DNA of 64,000 bases from contig CAWEXU010000007.1 of assembly GCA_963813075.1 (NCBI GenBank), positions 46,683-110,682 of the forward strand, in the 5' to 3' direction. A program made the position numbers and the translations under genes. Every line of letters begins with the position of its first letter. The first letter of the stretch is position 1. The notes under the pieces were generated by a model, which saw only the letters and a list, made by a program, of their open reading frames with translations, did no database searches and was not told the DNA's origin. This document shows positions 58,312 to 64,000 of the stretch, piece by piece. Origin of the DNA: Methanotrichaceae archaeon (GTDB taxonomy: Archaea; Halobacteriota; Methanosarcinia; Methanotrichales; Methanotrichaceae).

Positions 58312-58346
58312 GTATCCATGCTGAAAAGTCGAGACCCTCTGGGCCG
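58312..58346 (+). CRISPR. Possible single decayed CRISPR repeat
   Basis: GTATCCATG-CTGAAAAGTCGAGACCC matches the reverse-complement array repeat at 19 of the first 27 aligned positions. Confidence 0.4.
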
Positions 58347-58397
58347 TTGGTGAAATCAGTTAATTTCAAACTATTCGATCTTGCATTGGACCTTCGA

Positions 58398-58535
58398 GCC
58401 TGGCGAATTCTGCCTCTGTATAATTTTATATTCACAATCCAAAACCATCGAAGGCTCATTCCGATCTCTCTTGCTTTGAGGGGGCCCCTTTGCCTGCGTC
58501 CAGGAGGGCCGACTCGCGGCGTGCACAAAAAAAAC
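58398..58535 (+). repeat. GC-rich structured repeat element, copy B
   Basis: Imperfect direct repeat of 58652-58790; shares ACCATCGA.GGCTC, TTGAGGGG and GGCCGACTCGCGG with the 61.3 kb copy. Confidence 0.8.
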
Positions 58536-58651
58536 AGTCTGTGTAGATCAATCTTAGCCTTGATAATATCCCTGGATTCAAGAAATCGACCATGCCGATA
58601 TCCAACATCCTTCGAGCCTATCACGAGCAGTTCAAACTTTCACCTGGTCCC

Positions 58652-58790
58652 GCCTGGCGAATTTTCCCTTTAATATATCTCAATGCAAAAACCATCAACG
58701 CGCAATTCTGATCTTTCTGGCTTTGAGGGGCCCTCGTTGCCTGCATCCCGGAGGGCCGACTTGCGGCGTCCCGGAAAGTGAGAAAACTGT
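58652..58790 (+). repeat. GC-rich structured repeat element, copy C
   Basis: GCCTGGCGAATT...AAAACCATC...CTTTGAGGGG...GGAGGGCCGACTTGCGGCGT. Confidence 0.8.
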
Positions 58791-58833
58791 CCTTGACGCA
58801 ACCATATTTCGAGAACATGTGATAACAGGCCGA

Positions 58834-59739
58834 TCAAGATACCAGATACACCCCGGCAACGATCAGCACCGTCGCCGCAATCTTCAGCACAATCGTTCTG
58901 CCGTTAGAATCCTCCACCAGCATCCCGGGAAGGAGCGAGCCCAGGATAAGCACATAGATCAGGGTGATGAACGGCTGCAGAGCGGAGACGCTGGATACCA
59001 GGGCCACCGATCCCAGGGCATAAGCGAAGATGAAAGCTCCCCGGCCCAGGAAATCGAACAGCTCATTCAAGAAGAGAATCGAGAGGAGCCTCGGACCGGA
59101 TCGGAAATAGCCCCCCACCTCCTTGCGAACCTCTCCCCTGGCTAAGAGAGCGAAGACCGCTATCAGGCTTCCCAGCGACGACCAGACGATCAGATGCCAT
59201 TCGATCATGTAGTCGAGCAGGTACTTGGAGGCCAGGGAGTAGGCGGCAGTGAAGATCCAGAAGACCGCCATATACTTCAGAGCGGGCGAGATCCTGCCCC
59301 TCTCCCCGCCACTGCCAGGGTTTGAGGCCGGGTGGTAGGAGATGAGCAGGGCGGCTGCGACCAGCAGGGCTCCGCCCACATAATCTGAGGGCCGGAGGAT
59401 CTCGCCCAGGAAAAGGAATTCCCCCAGAAAGACGAATACCGGAAAGACATAGACCTGGCCGGCGATCCTGCTCGTCTCCTCCACACTGAGGGCGCGCAGA
59501 TATGCCGCCCAGAGGATCACCTGCACTACGCCAATGGATAGGGCATAAAGGCTATGGGGATAGACGAAATCCAGCCCGGCATAAGCCAGGACGGGCAGGA
59601 GGAAGATCTGCTGAATCACTACCAGGACGAACAGGTATGCCAGGATATTATGGACATATCTGCCCAGGTAGAACTTATCTATGATCCCCGTGACCGCCAG
59701 GCAGGCGGCTCCTGCAATAGAGAAAGCAAACCAGTCCAC
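58834..59739 (-). CDS. EamA/DMT-family transporter
   Basis: About ten TM helices; PVFV......LGE motif and its internal repeat. Confidence 0.85.
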   Translation of the reverse strand: MDWFAFSIAGAACLAVTGIIDKFYLGRYVHNILAYLFVLVVIQQIFLLPVLAYAGLDFVYPHSLYALSIGVVQVILWAAYLRALSVEETSRIAGQVYVFPVFVFLGEFLFLGEILRPSDYVGGALLVAAALLISYHPASNPGSGGERGRISPALKYMAVFWIFTAAYSLASKYLLDYMIEWHLIVWSSLGSLIAVFALLARGEVRKEVGGYFRSGPRLLSILFLNELFDFLGRGAFIFAYALGSVALVSSVSALQPFITLIYVLILGSLLPGMLVEDSNGRTIVLKIAATVLIVAGVYLVS

Positions 59740-59793
59740 GAATTCTCTTTTGCCATGGGGTTGTTATAGATTTCCCATACTGAACTTTAATTC

Positions 59794-60777
59794 TTATGAA
59801 CACCTGGCAGTCATGGTAGTCACTTTGATCAGGCCGTACAATGCCTCGTTGACCGGAACAGCAATGGAATGCTCTTCTCCCAGGCGGACGATATAGCCGT
59901 TGATGGAATCGATCTCCTTGGTCTTGTTATTCAAAACATCCTGGAGCATGCTGCAGCTGTTCTCTCCTGTCTTCTCGGCTACAGAGAGGACCAGCTCCAA
60001 AACAGCATCGGGATCAAAGCTCAAACCCTCCGCTGCAGCGACCGCCACAGCTTCCTCGACCACCCTTTTCACAGTGCTCTGCAAAACCGGGGAAAGGATG
60101 ACTTTGTTCTGCTGCCGGGCCAGGGCGGCTATCGGATTTATCACCGAGTTGATAAAGAGCTTATTCCATTGCTGCCTCTTGAAGTCTGCTGAGAACTCGA
60201 CCGGGAATCCCCGCTCTTCAAATCGGGCTTTCATGAACTGCTCTAACTCCCGCGGGAGGCTGTTTTCGATGACCGTCGTCCCCTTGCCCTTCAGCTCTAT
60301 TTTGCCCTCACGGGCGAGCTTGACCCCGTTGGAGGTGATCCCCTCATGAATCCTCCCCAGGGCTCCAGGGACCTGGGTCTCGAACAGCTCCCGGTTTCCC
60401 ATGCCGTTCATCAGCAGGAGGAAAAGGGCATCTTTCAGCTTGCCATCAAGGAGGCCCGATTGTGCAATCTCTTCGCAAAGCCTCTGCAGGGAATATGTCT
60501 TGACGCATATCACCACCACATCCGGATGAAAGTCGGATCTGGCAAATTCATCAAGGTCGGTGAACAGGTGCCTGAAATGCACCTGCATCATGCCTTCGGG
60601 AGCCTCCACCTCCAGGCCATCGGATCTGATCTTTTCCATATGCCCGGACCTGCCCAGAAGGGCCACATTCTCGATTGTGGCCCCATCTTCAGAGGGTGGA
60701 TCGGAGAGCATATAGCCCATAAGGGAGCCTATCGCCCCCGCGCCGTATATCAGGATATTTGCTGATTTGTCATTCAT
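59794..60777 (-). CDS. panE: Ketopantoate reductase family protein
   Basis: GAGAIG, VKTY, NGMG, W.KL.IN..INP, SMLQD and EIDSING motifs. Confidence 0.9.
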   Translation of the reverse strand: MNDKSANILIYGAGAIGSLMGYMLSDPPSEDGATIENVALLGRSGHMEKIRSDGLEVEAPEGMMQVHFRHLFTDLDEFARSDFHPDVVVICVKTYSLQRLCEEIAQSGLLDGKLKDALFLLLMNGMGNRELFETQVPGALGRIHEGITSNGVKLAREGKIELKGKGTTVIENSLPRELEQFMKARFEERGFPVEFSADFKRQQWNKLFINSVINPIAALARQQNKVILSPVLQSTVKRVVEEAVAVAAAEGLSFDPDAVLELVLSVAEKTGENSCSMLQDVLNNKTKEIDSINGYIVRLGEEHSIAVPVNEALYGLIKVTTMTARCS

Positions 60778-60959
60778 TTGCTCGATCGCCCCATGGTTTT
60801 TCAATTAAATTTTATTTGCAGTTCATCTCTTTTCTTTACTCTCATCAACACTCATCTTCTATTCTAGATATTCTATTCGATATCTTCTCTCATTACTCTA
60901 TTGTGCCCAGATCTGCAGCAAGGGCATCATCCAGCCGGTCACTGTGATATAGGGGGCAT

Positions 60960-61140
60960 GTGATCCGGGGTTGTGATCCGGGGTTGTGATCCGGGGTGTG
61001 ACTGGGGATGCTGACTTGCAACGGGAAACGCAGGCGAGAAAATAGCGACAGGCTCCAGCATATTTTCAAGGGCCGGGGAAGGTTGGATACAATCGAGGCA
61101 GATGCAATGCAGCAGATGCAATCCAGGCAGATGCAATAGG
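60960..61140. repeat. Short tandem repeats
   Basis: GTGATCCGGGGTT x about 3 and GCAGATGCAAT x3. Confidence 0.7.
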
Positions 61141-61281
61141 GGCAAGCCGTTGATAGGCTATTGATTATATCGTAGTTAATATTCTCCGGGCGGGCCAGGA
61201 TATAATCTGCTACTCCCTGCAGATCATATGATATTCTGGATCTCAGCACCAAAGGAATCTTTTGATTTGCACATGCTGAGC

Positions 61282-61389
61282 TTTTTTTTACGGGACACCG
61301 CGAGTCGGCCTGCTGGCCTCCCGCGCAAGCCCGGGTCCCCTCAACGCCGGGGAGGCTTGGATACAAACGTGGCGAGCCGTCGATGGTCT
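61282..61389 (-). repeat. GC-rich structured repeat element, copy D
   Basis: Reverse complement reads ACCATCGACGGCTC...TTGTATCCAAGCCTCCCCGGCGTTGAGGGG...GGCCGACTCGCGGTGTCCCGTAAAAAAAA. Confidence 0.8.
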
Positions 61390-61747
61390 TAGAAACAACA
61401 ATACGAATATTATTTTTATGTAGAATGAAAAAGCAGCACGAGATTGTGTAAGGAGAGATTGTCCAGTAGTTTTATAATTGAGATAGTATTTACCAGGCGG
61501 GCTGGGGCCACTTCTTCTCAGAAATGGATAGGATAACGGTGTTCGAAACATGGACCTAGCGGCAACGAGTGTTTCAATGGGGCCACTTCTTCTCAGAAAT
61601 GGATAGATCGAAGAGAACCCGAACCTGAGCAAGTTACAGGGTTTCAATGGGGCCACTTCTTCTCAGAAATGGATACCAAATGAGTCCGGGTTGAATTTTC
61701 GCGGAGTTTCCCATGGAAAACCAAAAAAATCAAATACAAGAGACGAG

Positions 61748-63067
61748 TTATCCACCTCCATCAGATGACCTTTTCCGGTCGGGCTTATTCACAGAAATAT
61801 CTTCAAGCACTCGCATGAGGGCCTTCTTCCGGTTACTTTCGCTCATTCCATAAAAGGCATCCACAATTGCAGCTACCTTATCCGTCAGATGCTCCACCTT
61901 CAAAGAAGGTTCATGGCAGGACTCATTTCGACCCGTTCTCCTCTTTCTGCAACCAACCTCTTGGTAGAACTCCTGGTTGATCAGAAGATGATAAATGAGA
62001 CAGATGAGCTTCCTGGCCACGGCAACTATTGCCACATTATGCTCCTTCTTTTTGCTCAGCCTCTTGTAGAATCTGGACAGCGTTGTATTTTTCATATTAG
62101 CTATGGTCTGGGCAGCCTCGACAAGTACAACTCGGATATACTTGGAACCGCGTTTTGTGATTCCGCATTTCCTCTTTTTGCCGGCAGATTCATTTTCACC
62201 GGGATTGAGGCCACACCATTTCGCCAGTTGGTCAGGGGTCTGAAAATCTCTGTAGTCTCCGATCTCTGACAGAATGACTGAACCTGAGATAAATGCGATT
62301 CCAGGGATGGACATAACAATAGCCAAATCCGTGCTCTTCTTTTGAATCTTTTTCAGAACCTCAAAACTTGTCTTCTCTATTTTGGATTCGACATTGTCCA
62401 TGATTTCGAGAGCATCCCTTATCAGCATTCTATTTGTATCACTCAGTTCATTGGCAAGTGCTGATCTGATCTCGTCTTGTTTTTTCCTGATCTTTCCGCA
62501 GGGTATGCCTTTTAGGATCTCTTCGGTAGGGTTGTCTTCAGCCAGACCTCTTATGATATGATTTCCAGATTTGCAGAATATATCGTCCATAGAAGAGCTG
62601 AGTTTAACGCCATTTGATGAGAGATATTTGTGTATCCGATTCTTGAACTGAGTTCGCGTCTTGACATATCCTGCTCTGGCTCGCGTTAGGTTCCTGAGTT
62701 CTCGGTCTTCATCGCAAAAAACCCGAGATCTCTTGATTTGATTATTCAAACACAGAGTTGCAATATGCTTTGAATCTTTTGAATCTGATTTGTCATTTGG
62801 AATGGACTTTATCTGCAGAGGATTGGCAACAATGGTATCTATGGTTCGGCTCAGAGCATCATAAATCGGGATCCAATAGACTCCAGTAGCTTCGAATGCA
62901 ACCTGTTCGCATTTGTTAGCTGCAAGCCAGCTTCTAAATCTATCAAGTTCGGATTTTGTTGTCCCAAAATTCTCTCGAATCGGCGGCACTTCGTCGCCTG
63001 CTATTGTGGCAACGATCAGATCTTTATGGACATCTGCACCGCAAACTCTTTCTCTTCGCTTTTTCAT
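61748..63067 (-). CDS. IS110-family transposase/recombinase
   Basis: DEDD RuvC-like motifs GADVHK, FEATGVYW and KSDSKDS; SIPGI and GLNPGENESAG (catalytic Ser region). Likely start is MKKRRERV at 63067. Confidence 0.95.
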   Translation of the reverse strand: MKKRRERVCGADVHKDLIVATIAGDEVPPIRENFGTTKSELDRFRSWLAANKCEQVAFEATGVYWIPIYDALSRTIDTIVANPLQIKSIPNDKSDSKDSKHIATLCLNNQIKRSRVFCDEDRELRNLTRARAGYVKTRTQFKNRIHKYLSSNGVKLSSSMDDIFCKSGNHIIRGLAEDNPTEEILKGIPCGKIRKKQDEIRSALANELSDTNRMLIRDALEIMDNVESKIEKTSFEVLKKIQKKSTDLAIVMSIPGIAFISGSVILSEIGDYRDFQTPDQLAKWCGLNPGENESAGKKRKCGITKRGSKYIRVVLVEAAQTIANMKNTTLSRFYKRLSKKKEHNVAIVAVARKLICLIYHLLINQEFYQEVGCRKRRTGRNESCHEPSLKVEHLTDKVAAIVDAFYGMSESNRKKALMRVLEDISVNKPDRKRSSDGGG

Positions 63068-63079
63068 ATATGTCTCTGC

Positions 63080-63226
63080 CTGATATGGGCAGATGATCAT
63101 TCCCTTATTGGGGATAATTTCCCATACGCGTTCTAAGACGCAGTCCCGTATTCGAGGGGTATTGGCTGGTTTCAATCGCGGGATCAAGTGTCCCATAAAC
63201 TTGTCAGCCTTCACTGCCCATATCAG
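63080..63226 (-). ncRNA. Candidate IS110 bridge/guide RNA
   Basis: 13-bp perfect closing stem (63080-63092 / 63214-63226); contains ATTGAAAC (63169-63176, equal to the repeat end) then ATGGGAAA (63118-63125, equal to the IS far end); TATA-like TTTTAAT at 63242-63248. Confidence 0.6.
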
Positions 63227-64000
63227 ACTTAACATGGACGGATTAAAATATCTGGTTTTCCATCCGTCACGTGTGAGCCCCTGCCTGGGCTCATGGGCGT
63301 TTCAATGGGGCCACTTCTTCTCAGAAATGGATAGTACTGTTCTGTGGATTTCGGAGATGGAGCCCACGGTGTTTCAATGGGGCCACTTCTTCTCAGAAAT
63401 GGATAGCGAGCTTCTCCATAAGAATTCGGCAAAGCTGCCGAAACTGTTTCAATGGGGCCACTTCTTCTCAGAAATGGATAGATCGTGGGACCTCTGGAAA
63501 GCGCCCGGTTCATGAACGAGTTTCAATGGGGCCACTTCTTCTCAGAAATGGATAGGAAAAGATGGCATTGGCATCCCCGGCAAGGACGGGAAAGTTTCAA
63601 TGGGGCCACTTCTTCTCAGAAATGGATAGGGCCGATTGAGCCGGGAACTTATAATGCGATTATGTGGTTTCAATGGGGCCACTTCTTCTCAGAAATGGAT
63701 AGAATTAAAAAGGAGGTAAGATTAATGGAAGAATTAAGCGAGTTTCAATGGGGCCACTTCTTCTCAGAAATGGATAGAGAGGCCATGAGGAAGTATATAG
63801 CAGTAGTAAGTGAAAACGTTTCAATGGGGCCACTTCTTCTCAGAAATGGATAGTGGAGCGTACGTATGCGGGCGTTCCGGATTTGCTGCTAGGTTTCAAT
63901 GGGGCCACTTCTTCTCAGAAATGGATAGGGAATTAGGGGAGATTGTGACTGCAATCGCTAATCGAAAGTTTCAATGGGGCCACTTCTTCTCAGAAATGGA

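Larger units (their letters stand above)
61711..63298 (-). mobile_element. IS110-family insertion sequence inside the CRISPR array
   Basis: Intact transposase; GTTTC direct repeat at 61706-61710 and 63299-63303; internal 11-bp inverted repeat ATGGAAAACCA (61713-61723 / 63253-63263). Exact boundaries are inferred. Confidence 0.85.
61496..64000 (-). CRISPR. CRISPR array, repeat CTATCCATTTCTGAGAAGAAGTGGCCCCATTGAAAC (36 bp), interrupted by IS110; runs off the window
   Basis: Repeats start (+ coordinates) at about 61496 (degenerate), 61571, 61641, 63299, 63371, 63446, 63520, 63594, 63667, 63742, 63818, 63893 and 63968 (truncated). Unique spacers of 34-40 nt. The ATTGAAAC 3' end and the degenerate terminal repeat indicate minus-strand orientation. 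Confidence 0.98.

Noticed and set aside
58476..58520. Resemblance of TGAGGGGG...GGCCGACTCG to a group II intron domain VI or a tRNA T-arm
   Set aside because: No domain V with a catalytic triad upstream, no reverse transcriptase, and no cloverleaf; kept only as an unexplained repeat.
60893..61366. Cys-rich minus-strand ORF (CPYCICLDCICC)
   Set aside because: The cysteines derive from GCAGATGCAAT tandem repeats, and the ORF spans a repeat element.
63068..63235. 56-codon N-terminal extension of the IS110 transposase in the ORF track
   Set aside because: The first catalytic motif (GADVHK) lies just after Met at 63067, as is usual for the family; the extension overlaps the structured non-coding end.
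61680..63294. Outer imperfect inverted repeat ATGAGTCCGGG / CCTGGGCTCAT as IS termini
   Set aside because: 9/11 match only; using it leaves no spacer between the two repeats, whereas the GTTTC-core model restores the array.
63093..63853. ORFs with repeated FQWGHFFSEMD or YPFLRRSGPIET peptides
   Set aside because: Translations of CRISPR repeats.

Overview
Archaeal chromosome segment, most likely from an aceticlastic methanogen of the Methanothrix (Methanosaeta) type. This is inferred from three clustered AMP-forming acetyl-CoA synthetases plus pscS, nrpRII, an mptN-like ligase, PAN, aMBF1, NAC and HARP. Most of the window is housekeeping genes. Many carry single-base frameshifts, which look like long-read consensus errors rather than true pseudogenes. 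The main finding is at the right end: a CRISPR array (36-bp repeat, probably transcribed on the minus strand and ending ...ATTGAAAC) interrupted by an intact IS110-family element. The element is flanked by a duplicated GTTTC core that is the end of the repeat. Its upstream non-coding end can fold into a structured RNA containing an 8-nt copy of the repeat end (ATTGAAAC) followed by an 8-nt copy of its own donor end (ATGGGAAA). This is a candidate bridge RNA programmed to target CRISPR repeats. Other leads are a four-copy GC-rich structured element (three copies lying behind CRISPR-repeat-like sequences), a possible orphan CRISPR leader with one decayed repeat, a cobT/Zn-dehydrogenase/divergent trpD-like operon, a wHTH-hybrid kinase with Tyr in place of the phospho-His, an ABC-ATPase/DUF4276 module inside the acs cluster, REP-like palindromes, and an unannotated 52-aa ribbon-helix-helix gene. 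All calls are by eye; no database searches were run.
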